From positions 35,006-99,005 of the IMG/VR virus record IMGVR_UViG_3300007540_000013: a stretch of DNA of 64,000 bases. One strand, given 5' to 3'. The position numbers were made by a program, and so were the translations under genes. The stretch's first letter is position 1. Each line of letters opens with the position of its first letter. Origin of the DNA: a virus. The notes under the pieces were generated by a model. The model saw nothing but the letters and a program-made list of their open reading frames with translations. It ran no database searches and had not been told where the DNA came from. Of this stretch, positions 7,837 to 18,200 are shown one piece after another.

Positions 7837-7844
7837 TATTTATA
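7837..7844 (+). promoter_or_regulatory. Late promoter motif TATTTATA (one of ~16 copies)
   Basis: Same octamer at 4439, 4469, 5104, 7837, 11073, 19684, 29672, 31678, 34507, 36669, 38581, 41656, 44622, 45351, 57974 and 60578, each shortly upstream of a start codon. Confidence 0.8.
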
Positions 7845-7855
7845 AAAGAAAAGGT

Positions 7856-8206
7856 ATGGGGTTAGATAAAACACTCTTTAAAGAAAAATCTTTTTCCGAC
7901 GTACTAGAAGAGATCTACACTAATTCTAAGAAGAAAGAAAAGCAGATCAATACTCTCATCGGAGAACTTAAACCTCTTATTGAAAACATAGGAGACGCTA
8001 CTCTTGTTGTTCCTATGATTGCTAACTACTTAGAGATAGGTGTTAAGAATGATAAACACTTAATTGATATGCTTGCTGTTGTACAACGTATGGAGAATGC
8101 ATCTAAAAACGGTGATGCAGCAGGATTTGAACTAGGCGCTGATGAGCTTGCTCAAATCTTAGAGCAGATGGAAGAGGAAGCAGAAGAGCCTAAGCAAGGA
8201 GAATAA
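7856..8206 (+). CDS. Hypothetical helical late protein (possible terminase small subunit)
   Basis: Late promoter upstream; helical-hairpin character; function is inference only. Confidence 0.4.
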   Translation: MGLDKTLFKEKSFSDVLEEIYTNSKKKEKQINTLIGELKPLIENIGDATLVVPMIANYLEIGVKNDKHLIDMLAVVQRMENASKNGDAAGFELGADELAQILEQMEEEAEEPKQGE

Positions 8207-9318
8207 TGTCAACAGAAACTAGATACGGATCAACAGGTACAGGTAATATATTTGAAGTACCGGCAACTTCAACATCCCAAGGTAGCTTAACTAACAACTG
8301 GGCGCAGGTTACAGGTACCTCTTTTACCGATTCCACATTAGATACTAATGGCGTTCGGTATCGATCTATTGGATCAAGTGTAGGTCGAGAAGATGGTACT
8401 GCTTACCCATTCTACCAGAGTCTAAAAAATGTACCTGTAATTGGAGAAGTTATATTAGTAATTCCCGGACCTAAAGCTGGAGGTGATTCAAGAAGCGCTT
8501 CTGGTGATTATTATTTACCTGCATTAAATATATGGAATAACCCTCAAGCAGGTCGTTCCAGCGCAGGTAACTACCTCCCCGAAATTAAAGATGGCTGGCA
8601 AGAAACAATAGACAACAACCCTCTGTATCCATTCCCAGGAGATGTAATATTAGAAGGCCGAAAAGGACAGAGTATAAGATTATCTGAAAGTTTATCAAAG
8701 ACTCCCTGGCAAGGTGCAAGAGCTGATCTTTCTACTATTGCTATAGTAAGCGGGATCAACACAACAGGTCGTCCTGAAGAATTTGTAGTCGAAGATATAA
8801 ATAGAGATGCGTCTTCTATATACCTTTTACAAGGTCAGAGAATCCCCTTAGAGACTACACATCAATGGAAGCGTGGAGAAATTACAAGTTATGGAACTCA
8901 GACCTTACCTCTAGATGCTAAAAGTTACACAGGTAACCAAGTAGTGCTTAACAGCGGCAGGGTATACCTTAATGCCTCTTCCGAACACGTATTGATATCC
9001 GCTCAACAACATGTAGGGTTATTAGGAGATCAAGTTCATATTGACGGAGTGAATAGTATAAATCTTGCTGCGCCCATCGTATCACTAACAACAGCAGCTA
9101 GAAACCCAGCTGTTAAAGGTAATGAGCTATTATTAGAAATTGAAAATTTATACAGTAGGTTACTAAGCTTAACCGAAACATTATCTGATACTTTAAGCGA
9201 GATTAATAAAAACACTGATACCGCAGAAGAATTAAAAGACTTCCTAATAGGTCGATTAGATAATGATAACCAAAAGCTAGTAGAATCACTACTATCTAAA
9301 ACCGTACTTTTAAGTTAA
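8206..9318 (+). CDS. Baseplate hub/spike protein (gp5/gpV-like)
   Basis: OB-fold signature PVIGEVILV, GDVILEGRKGQSIRL, beta-repeat QVVLNSGRVYLNA, PAVKGNEL; upstream of gp25/gp6-like genes. Confidence 0.65.
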   Translation: MSTETRYGSTGTGNIFEVPATSTSQGSLTNNWAQVTGTSFTDSTLDTNGVRYRSIGSSVGREDGTAYPFYQSLKNVPVIGEVILVIPGPKAGGDSRSASGDYYLPALNIWNNPQAGRSSAGNYLPEIKDGWQETIDNNPLYPFPGDVILEGRKGQSIRLSESLSKTPWQGARADLSTIAIVSGINTTGRPEEFVVEDINRDASSIYLLQGQRIPLETTHQWKRGEITSYGTQTLPLDAKSYTGNQVVLNSGRVYLNASSEHVLISAQQHVGLLGDQVHIDGVNSINLAAPIVSLTTAARNPAVKGNELLLEIENLYSRLLSLTETLSDTLSEINKNTDTAEELKDFLIGRLDNDNQKLVESLLSKTVLLS

Positions 9319-9320
9319 CC

Positions 9321-11069
9321 ATGGCAACACTATTAGAAGAATTACAGAAAGTACAGCCCTGTGATGGTAGAAGTTTAATTCAATTAATAACTCAACGCGT
9401 CATCCAAGAGATTACTCGTCTAAAAAGACAGGCGTGTGAAGAGGTAGCAAATACATTCTCAACTTACGGATTAGAGAATATTTACCCCTGTGATTACTTA
9501 ACAGAGGAGTTCTTAGAGAAACTACTAACTACAGAACCTACAGAAGCTATCTCATCTGTATTACTAAGAGCAGGTTACCCTCCTCATCTCCTAAAAGCAT
9601 TTGTACAGGGGTTTGATGAGTTATCTGATGAAGAACTTCAAGAGATGTTAGAGTGGACTCAACCTCGTACCGGTATTCGTATTCATCCTAAAACAAGTAA
9701 ATATTTTAGAACAGAAACAACCACTACTCTTTCTACCAGTATAACAGAACTAGTCGTAACTAGAACTCAACAAGTCACTAGAGATTTAACTCCTACTGAA
9801 CTTGCAAATCTACGAGAAGAACGTAAAACCGAGCAAGCAAAGAAACAGGAATTAGAACTTGAAAAACAAAAGCAGGAATTTTTCGAAACTGTACGTAAAG
9901 AGAGTCCTAGAGCATTAGAGTTAATTTTAGGAGAAGGACCTAGAATAACCCGAGAAGAATACCAAGGTACAGGATTTAGCTCCCTCGCATTAACCCTAGT
10001 ACAGGAAGCTCAGAACAACAAGTACATGTCTGAAGAAGTATTTAATAGTTATGCTAGTTTAAAGAAACCGGTTAATGAAGGAGGGTTTAATCAATCAAGT
10101 AGTTACTGGGGATACGGTACGTATGGTTTTGGAATCGGAGGTGAAATTGAAGAAGTAACCGTAACTGCTTCAGCACTTCCACAAGAAACTCTTACCGTCA
10201 CTGAGACAGAAACATTTACCGAAACTGAAGAAATAGTTACCACAGAAGAGATCACAACAACAACCGTGGTATTATCTGAAAACGAAGTTAAAGAAGTTCG
10301 TGAATTTTATTTAAATCAAGGAATAGGTAACATAGTAAACTTTTTAGCTGAAAGTCTAGGAACTGAAGTAAACAGCCAACTACAATGTCCAACTCCGGAT
10401 ACGACTTCAAGACTAATAACCCGTGTCACTAACCTAGCAAGAGTAGTAAATGACGTTAAACAGACAATCACTACATTACAGCAAATAGTAAATGCTACAT
10501 CTGCAATATTTAACTTATTAAGTAGGATTGTAGATATCTTAAAAAAAGTGATTATCGCTGCTCAACCAGCTATTATCGCTGCAGCTTCAGCGCTATTTAC
10601 AGCTGGTATTGCTGCTATACTCAATAAAATTACAGGAGCTGCTCGAAGTATCATCACTAAGTACGAACCGCAGATTGAGAAATTAGATAAGCAGATTTGT
10701 GCTGCTGCTGGTTCATTAACTTTTGTAGTAGCTAATATAAACGTAGTTGATGCTTTTATTAGAGTTATTGATGAACTATTAAGAAACTGTATACAGGAAC
10801 TATCTAATTCTAATGATGCACTATCAACCGCAGTAGCATCCGCATTAACCCCTATCACAGGGAATCCTCGCGGATCTGGAGATATTGAGTATAGAGGATA
10901 TAAAATTGAAGTAAGAACTAAAGCAAGCGATAATACATTAAAACAACGTTACGCTGTAGGATTAGATTCGAATAATGTAGCAGCTATCGAAGGTCCGTTA
11001 TCATATAGTGCTGACGCAGAAATACTTATCGAAGAATTAAAATATAGAATTGACACATATTTAGGCTAA
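9321..11069 (+). CDS. Baseplate-associated hypothetical protein with hydrophobic helical hairpin
   Basis: Position in baseplate cluster; AIIAAASALFTAGIAAIL segment. Confidence 0.6.
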   Translation: MATLLEELQKVQPCDGRSLIQLITQRVIQEITRLKRQACEEVANTFSTYGLENIYPCDYLTEEFLEKLLTTEPTEAISSVLLRAGYPPHLLKAFVQGFDELSDEELQEMLEWTQPRTGIRIHPKTSKYFRTETTTTLSTSITELVVTRTQQVTRDLTPTELANLREERKTEQAKKQELELEKQKQEFFETVRKESPRALELILGEGPRITREEYQGTGFSSLALTLVQEAQNNKYMSEEVFNSYASLKKPVNEGGFNQSSSYWGYGTYGFGIGGEIEEVTVTASALPQETLTVTETETFTETEEIVTTEEITTTTVVLSENEVKEVREFYLNQGIGNIVNFLAESLGTEVNSQLQCPTPDTTSRLITRVTNLARVVNDVKQTITTLQQIVNATSAIFNLLSRIVDILKKVIIAAQPAIIAAASALFTAGIAAILNKITGAARSIITKYEPQIEKLDKQICAAAGSLTFVVANINVVDAFIRVIDELLRNCIQELSNSNDALSTAVASALTPITGNPRGSGDIEYRGYKIEVRTKASDNTLKQRYAVGLDSNNVAAIEGPLSYSADAEILIEELKYRIDTYLG

Positions 11070-11083
11070 ATCTATTTATAATT

Positions 11084-11500
11084 ATGAAAGCATCCGATTT
11101 TAAAAAAATTATTAAAGAAGCAGTAAGAGAAGCTATTAGAGAAGAACTCTCTGAAATGCAGCAACCGGTACAAGAGCAAGTTCAAAAACAGCCGCTCAAA
11201 TCTACCGGGAACTCTATCTTAGACGCCCTCAACGAGACTAAAAGTAGTATGACCTCAGAAGACTACAGAAACATTGGAGGAGATTTTAGAGCTGATATGG
11301 CTCAAAGTTTTAATAAAGCAGCATTCACTCCTAAAGGTAGAGCTGTAAAACCAGCCTCTGATGACCCTAGAGCAGTTAAAGCAGCAGTAGCTTCTGCACC
11401 TAAAATAGGTTTAGACTTATCTCAGTTAGGATTTGTGAATAAAGCAGCCGCTATTGTTAACGAGGTAGATAGAAAACAAAAAGAAAAGTTTAACGTATAA
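11084..11500 (+). CDS. Hypothetical late protein
   Basis: TATTTATA upstream; N-terminal KKIIKEAVREAIREELSE. Confidence 0.8.
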   Translation: MKASDFKKIIKEAVREAIREELSEMQQPVQEQVQKQPLKSTGNSILDALNETKSSMTSEDYRNIGGDFRADMAQSFNKAAFTPKGRAVKPASDDPRAVKAAVASAPKIGLDLSQLGFVNKAAAIVNEVDRKQKEKFNV

Positions 11501-11910
11501 TGGCATATAAGGTTCAAAGAATTAATCCTCTAGACTTACAGCCCAGGAAAGCTGTAGGAGTAGCTTTACCTTTTTCAGGTAGAGCTGTTTTTAATTCTAC
11601 ATATACCTCTAAAGAAGCTGTTAGATCTAATTTAATTAACTTTTTCTTAACAGGAAAGAACGAAAGAGTTTTTAATCTTGATTTTGGCGCTGGACTACGT
11701 AATATGTTATTTGAAGGGATAACTCAAGAAAAAATTGAAGAACTAAAATTAAATATAATAAAGTCTCTAGAACTATATTTCCCACGAGTACAGGTTTCTA
11801 GCTTAAATCTCAAAGCATATCCCGATCAAAACTTAATAAACTTTGAACTTAAGTACTCTGTAGTACAGACAAATATACAAGACGAGATATCAATTAATTT
11901 TGAACAATAA
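11500..11910 (+). CDS. gp25: Baseplate wedge subunit, gp25-like
   Basis: NLINFFLTGKNERVFNLDFGAGLRNMLFE ... YFPRV. Confidence 0.9.
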   Translation: MAYKVQRINPLDLQPRKAVGVALPFSGRAVFNSTYTSKEAVRSNLINFFLTGKNERVFNLDFGAGLRNMLFEGITQEKIEELKLNIIKSLELYFPRVQVSSLNLKAYPDQNLINFELKYSVVQTNIQDEISINFEQ

Positions 11911-13736
11911 TGGCGCAACAGAGAGAAATACAGTATTCAAATAAGACTTTTAGTGATTTCCGTAAACAGTTAATTGATTACGCTAAAAACTATTTCCCTG
12001 ACTCTTATAACGACTTCTCACCAACATCACCCGGTATGATGTTTATGGAGATGGCAGCTTATGTAGGAGATGTACTTTCTTTCTATCAAGATATACAGCT
12101 ACAAGAGACCTTCTTGCAATACGCTCAAGAACCAGGTAACCTTTATAACTTAGCGTATATGATGGGTTACCGTCCAAAAGTTACATCTGCAGCAACTGTA
12201 ATGCTAGACTTATACCAGCAAGTACCATCCAAAAACGCAGGTACAAACGCAGTACCGGATTACGACTACGCTATTACTCTTGATAATAATGCTGTAGTTC
12301 AAAGCACCACTAATCCTGCAGTACAGTTCTTAATTCAAGATAAAGTTAGTTTTAACTACTCCTCATCTTACGATCCTACAACTGTATCAATTTACGAAAC
12401 AGCAGGAGGTAATATTACTAAATTCTTATTAAAAAAGCAAGTAAAAGCAATATCTGGAGAAATAAAAACAGCCACAGAAAATATATCCTCAGTAGAGAGA
12501 TTCAAAACTATAACTATAAACGATACGGATATTATCGGTATATTAGATGTTACTGATGGAGATGGTAATGTTTGGACAGAAGTACCCTACTTAGCTCAAG
12601 ACACTGTTTTTGAAGAAAATACTAATACTGCAACCGACAGCAACTTAGTACCATATTCAGTAACACTCCAAAAAACACCTCGTAGATTTGTAACCAGGTA
12701 TACCTCAACAGGTGCTATTCAATTACAATTTGGTGCAGGTCAAACCGGAGAAGATGACACTGTAATCACACCAGACCCAACTAACGTAGGACTACCATCT
12801 CAAACTATCGGAGTAACTAAGATTGATGTAGCTTACGATCCATCAAACTTTATGTTTACAGGAGCTTACGGTTTAGCACCTAGCTCTGATTTAACTATTA
12901 GGTACATTGTTGGTGGCGGCGTTGCCGCTAACGTACCCTTAGATACTATTACAACAGTAGTATCTTCTACTAAAACTGCAATACAGACCGGATATGAAGA
13001 TACCTTTACAGTTAATAACCCAGAACCTGCTACAGGAGGTAAAGATGGCGACACTGTAGATGAATTAAGACAGAATTCATTAAAATCCTACAACGAACAG
13101 TTAAGAGCAGTTACTGCTCAAGACTATACAGTTAGAGCACAATCACTACCTCCAAGATTTGGATCTGTAGCTAAAGTATTCGTTACTCAAGATCAACTAA
13201 CAAGCACTAAGAGTGTTACTGATAATATTATAGATAGTAACCCATTAGCTATCTCATTGTATATCTTAGCTTATAATCAAGATAAACAATTAAGAACTGC
13301 AACATCAACACTCAAGACAAATCTTAAAAACTACTTATCGCAATATAAACTTTTAACAGATGCTATTAATATTAAAGATGCATTTGTAGTTAATATAGGA
13401 GTGAAGTACGAGATTGTGTTAAGACCCTCAGCTACTGCAAAAGACGTACTTACTAAATGTACTGAAACATTACAAGATTATTTTAATATAACAAAATGGA
13501 GTATTAACGAACCCATTAATATCTCGAAACTCTACACACTACTAGACAGAATTAAAGGCGTACAAACAGTTCAGCATGTTGAATTAGTTAATAAAGCGGG
13601 TGGGAATTATTCTCAATACGGATATGATATCGCAGGAGCAACAAGGAACAACATAGTATATCCTTCTTATGATCCTTGTATATTTGAAATAAAATATCCA
13701 AATACAGATATTGAAGGAAGGATTATAACTTTATAA
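11910..13736 (+). CDS. gp6: Baseplate wedge protein, gp6-like
   Basis: DFSPTSPGMMFMEMAAYVGDVLSFY, LAYMMGYRP, GGKDGDTVDELR, RAVTAQDY. Confidence 0.9.
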   Translation: MAQQREIQYSNKTFSDFRKQLIDYAKNYFPDSYNDFSPTSPGMMFMEMAAYVGDVLSFYQDIQLQETFLQYAQEPGNLYNLAYMMGYRPKVTSAATVMLDLYQQVPSKNAGTNAVPDYDYAITLDNNAVVQSTTNPAVQFLIQDKVSFNYSSSYDPTTVSIYETAGGNITKFLLKKQVKAISGEIKTATENISSVERFKTITINDTDIIGILDVTDGDGNVWTEVPYLAQDTVFEENTNTATDSNLVPYSVTLQKTPRRFVTRYTSTGAIQLQFGAGQTGEDDTVITPDPTNVGLPSQTIGVTKIDVAYDPSNFMFTGAYGLAPSSDLTIRYIVGGGVAANVPLDTITTVVSSTKTAIQTGYEDTFTVNNPEPATGGKDGDTVDELRQNSLKSYNEQLRAVTAQDYTVRAQSLPPRFGSVAKVFVTQDQLTSTKSVTDNIIDSNPLAISLYILAYNQDKQLRTATSTLKTNLKNYLSQYKLLTDAINIKDAFVVNIGVKYEIVLRPSATAKDVLTKCTETLQDYFNITKWSINEPINISKLYTLLDRIKGVQTVQHVELVNKAGGNYSQYGYDIAGATRNNIVYPSYDPCIFEIKYPNTDIEGRIITL

Positions 13737-13748
13737 TAAGAATAAACG

Positions 13749-14870
13749 ATGGCTGTATTTAAAGTATTTGCTGAAAAAGACGCAACAATATATTCACAAC
13801 TACCAATTACTAATACTGGATTAGATGAAATTTTAGAAGTAGCTACGTACTATAAAGGTACTAACGAGTATGTTGCTCGTAGCCTAATTCAATTTGACTC
13901 TACAGAAATCAATAACGTATTAAATAACTACGTATCCTCATCTACTAGAGCTGCAACAGATATGAGCGCATCAATTAGACTCTATCTAGCATCTGCCGAT
14001 GAACTGCCAACCGATTACGTAGTTGAAGGTTACCCGGTATATGTAGGTAGTGGTAATACCTGGAATCAAGGGACAGGACAGTATAACGATGCACCTGTAA
14101 CTACAGATGGAGTAGCATGGTCCCACACTCAATCCTCCGGATCTGGTGTATGGGGAGTAACTACATACGTAACTCAATCATACTCTGGGAGTAACACAGG
14201 CGGTGGTTCTTGGTATACAGGTTCTACAGGGTATACATTTGATTTCACGCAACGTCACACGGTAGCTTCTACGCATGATCTTAATTTAGATATAAGCGAT
14301 GGTGTAAAAGCACAATACGACGGAACAATATCTAACGCAGGATTCTTACTTAAATTAACTAGTAGCTTAGAATTTAAAGAAGATACTCAAGTATTCTTAA
14401 GATATTTCTCTACAGATACTCATACAATATATCCTCCTTGTTTAGAGATTAAATGGGATGATTTTGAAAACAATTCAACGTTAGCCGAGGTATCTGAAAT
14501 TAATCCTGTTATAAAAATAAAAAATAACAGAGGCAGGTTTACTGACGAAGGATTTCAGAAATTTAATTTACATGTTAGACCTAAATACCCTACTAGGACG
14601 TTCTCAACATCATCAGCGTACTTAACAAATCACTACTTACCTACAGCTTCATACTGGGGTATTAGAGATGAGAATACTGAAGAGATGGTAATTGATTTCG
14701 ACACTAAGTTTACAAAAATTAGTAGAGACGCTAACGGAAACCATTTTACAGTACATATGGGAGGATTGCAACCCGAAAGGTATTATAGAGCTCTAATTAA
14801 AACTTCTATTGACGGATCAACAACTGTGTTAGACGAAAATTTAGTTTTTAAAGTAGTGAGAAATGGGTGA
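13749..14870 (+). CDS. Virion structural protein (DNRLRE-like beta-sandwich)
   Basis: KDATIYS..P..NTG.DEILEV...RSLIQFD; baseplate cluster. Confidence 0.6.
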   Translation: MAVFKVFAEKDATIYSQLPITNTGLDEILEVATYYKGTNEYVARSLIQFDSTEINNVLNNYVSSSTRAATDMSASIRLYLASADELPTDYVVEGYPVYVGSGNTWNQGTGQYNDAPVTTDGVAWSHTQSSGSGVWGVTTYVTQSYSGSNTGGGSWYTGSTGYTFDFTQRHTVASTHDLNLDISDGVKAQYDGTISNAGFLLKLTSSLEFKEDTQVFLRYFSTDTHTIYPPCLEIKWDDFENNSTLAEVSEINPVIKIKNNRGRFTDEGFQKFNLHVRPKYPTRTFSTSSAYLTNHYLPTASYWGIRDENTEEMVIDFDTKFTKISRDANGNHFTVHMGGLQPERYYRALIKTSIDGSTTVLDENLVFKVVRNG

Positions 14871-15222
14871 TAAAGTTGATTTAAAAAACAGTACAGTTAG
14901 GTTATCCGAATTTAATCGAAGGATTGATAACTCATTTAAGTACTTTGCAGAACAGGAAACTTCTGTAGATACTGATACAGTACAGGAATTATTTAGACTA
15001 TACGATAAGTTATTTTTAGAAATACCTTCAACTGGTAATAGTTCCCATGAGACTTTAGTAAGAAGAAGTTCTCAAATTTACAAGATACCAGATGATCCAA
15101 ATATAAGTTTACTTCAAAACGAGATCACTGATTTAAGGAGACAGCTATTAGAAGCAAATGAAACTATAGCTGATCTATCTGATATTAATACGAATATTGC
15201 AGGATTAACAACAAATGGCTAG
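14863..15222 (+). CDS. Hypothetical structural protein with C-terminal coiled coil
   Basis: Overlapping-start ORF in baseplate operon. Confidence 0.7.
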   Translation: MGDKVDLKNSTVRLSEFNRRIDNSFKYFAEQETSVDTDTVQELFRLYDKLFLEIPSTGNSSHETLVRRSSQIYKIPDDPNISLLQNEITDLRRQLLEANETIADLSDINTNIAGLTTNG

Positions 15223-18200
15223 CACTACATATTACATTTCAGGTACAGGTGACCAACTGCAGCTAACCGCTGCAGATCAACAAAAAGTGAATACCGTAAA
15301 GTTATCCGCTCAGTTCGACCCATCTCAAGATATTGCTGAAGCTTCTATCTACAATAATCGAGGACAGTTTGTTAACACTACTTTAGTTAATGTCGGATTA
15401 AATACACCTTCTACCTCACAAGACCCGGCTCAATCTAATGAAGATAGAGATTTAACTTCAAGCACTATTTTCATAGATGCAGAACCTCTAATCTTAAGTC
15501 TATCTGATTTTGAAAAAAATGGTGCAACTGCTAAATATTGTTTTTACCGCCCTACCCTTTCTAATTTAGAAGTAGATGAAATCTCTTACGATAGAACAGA
15601 GGTAAAAGTAAAATACATAAGCTTCAGCAGACCTCAAGCACAGATTGATAGATTAATTGAATTAATCAATAACGCTGCATACTACGGTAAAATAGGAATC
15701 AGTCATCCAGAAGGAGCGTATACTCCTATTATTAACGTTATAGATGATGGGGAGTACGTATATTTAAAGCTCTATAGATCCTTACCAGATTTAGTTAATC
15801 TAGGCGATCCTATTAATATAAATCAAGAAGTAGCAGATCCTATTACAGTTACGTTTAACTATACCCCCGATGCGCCTGTAGTTGAACCGTTACCATCGTT
15901 AAGAAGTCCTAATTTTAATATAGATCTTGATGATAGAGCAACAGTAACTACTGAATACCTAGATTATAACACATTATATAGTCTACCTGTAACTAATTCA
16001 TATAATCGAGTATTCTCTGAATTAGAAGGATTAGGAGTAGGTATTAGTGTTGATTATACTAATTACGAAAACTTCGTACACTTCTCTTCTGCAAAAGAGA
16101 GGTTAGCAAATTTCAAATATAAGGTAGATTTATATGATCGATATAGGAACGAACGAGCAGAAGCAGTAGCATTATCCAACGCAACAAATGCAATTACTTC
16201 TAGTAATTTATATTACGATAACTTAATTAAAGGTATTCTAACTAAGTTTGATGGCTACGAAAGGTACCTATTCTATGAAAGCTCAAGCAAGGCATGGCCT
16301 AAAGCTAGTAGTAATTTACCTTATATTAATATCTCGAGCAGCTTACCTGAAGCAGTTACATGGTACGAGAGAGAGTACGCAAGTGCGTCTCTTTACGATG
16401 AACTTAACGAAAGTAACTTAGAATATACTATACCAGAATTTATCCGTCAAGACAGCAATAACGCTCCATATAGCTTATTCCTTAACATGATCGGTCAACA
16501 TTTTGATGAGTTATGGTTATCCGCTAAAGGTATTACAGATCGTTACGATGCTGACAACAGGTTAGATTTCGGTATATCTAAAGACTTAATCGCAAAAACT
16601 TTACAGAGTTTCGGCGTTAAATTGTACTCTTCTAATTTTTCTACTTCTAACCTAACTAATTTATTCTTAGGAGAATGGATGGATACTGGTTCTGAGCAGA
16701 TAAATACTTTTGTTACTGCTTCAAACGATCCTACACCGGATAAAGATATCCTATCTGAAACCTATAAAAGAATCTATCACAACCTTCCATACTTAATTAA
16801 GACTAAAGGTACTGAGAGAGGTTTAAGAGCATTGATTAACTGTTTCGGTATACCTAGCGGATCATTATCAATTGAAGTATTTGGAGGTTTAGAGCGAAAT
16901 GATTCAAGTTACTTTGGGTACGAACAGCCATCCACTACTAAGATAAAATTAGATAACACAGGTTCAATCATACCCGGGGATACTCTATCCCAATATACTT
17001 CTATTATCAAACCATACGAAAAGTATAATCAAGATCTACATGTAGTAGAGGTAGGTTTTACTCCTACTAAGTATATGGACGAGTACATAAAGACTTTATT
17101 CCCAGGTAAATTCATGTTACCTCTAGATTACGCTTTCCCGTACTTGAATCAAGAAGCATACGTAATTGAAGGAGATTTCAATCTAGACGAATACATAGGA
17201 GATCCTAGATATAGAGGACAAAGTAACTATAAGACTATAAAGAACGCTAGCTTACTTCAAGAAGCAAACTCAGTAGTACCCAACTCAGGATCTTACGACG
17301 TCAATGACTTTATAAGGTTAGTTAAGTTTTTCGATAATCAATTATTTAAGATGGTTAAAGATTTTGTACCGGCTAGAGATACAGTATCTGCTGGTATTAT
17401 AATAAAGCCAACTATCTTAGATAGAGCAAAAGTTCCCACACCGGTATTTAGTTTTACTCAACCAGAATATTCAGGATCTATTGATACAGCATTTATCACA
17501 GGATCAGCAGCAGGTATTATCAATCAACATTCTACTGCTTATACCGCAAGTGTATTTACACCATCAGGATCTATAAATAAGATTTATGATGATGAAGCAG
17601 CACAAATAAACGGAGAGTTAGGAGGTACAGTCTTAGATATGTACAGCGGAAGCTTAAACGAAGCTAACGAATTAAAGAAACCTTCTACAATACTGCCAAT
17701 TTACGAAGCATCTGGATCAAACGGTACAGCACCAGTACCTGGGCAGTTTACTTGGCAGTCCGGAACTATAAACAGACAGCAAGGAGGACTCACACTAGCA
17801 GCTGGTTACGGAGTTGCATCTATCTATATTAACGAGGTAGATAGTAATAATGTAGACTTAGAGAATGTTCTAGAAAACCTCACCACTGGAGATGAATTAA
17901 CCTTTACTGTAGATTATAGATATTACGATCTCGATTTTTTTAGCCCTGGTCCAACCGGACCAATCCGCACAAAAACTGTAACTCAGACTGTAGAGAATAT
18001 TTCAAGTAACTCAGCAAATACATGGTATATTACATTTAAGAATAGTAGTATAGGTGCATTAGTAGGTGAAGCACAAGCCGCACAGTATAATGTACATCCG
18101 CTAACTAGAACATCAACCTCAGTAATATTTAGTCCATTTATTAATGTACAGAATATAGACTACCATCCTTACAACGCTACATTAAATAACGCAACTAAGA

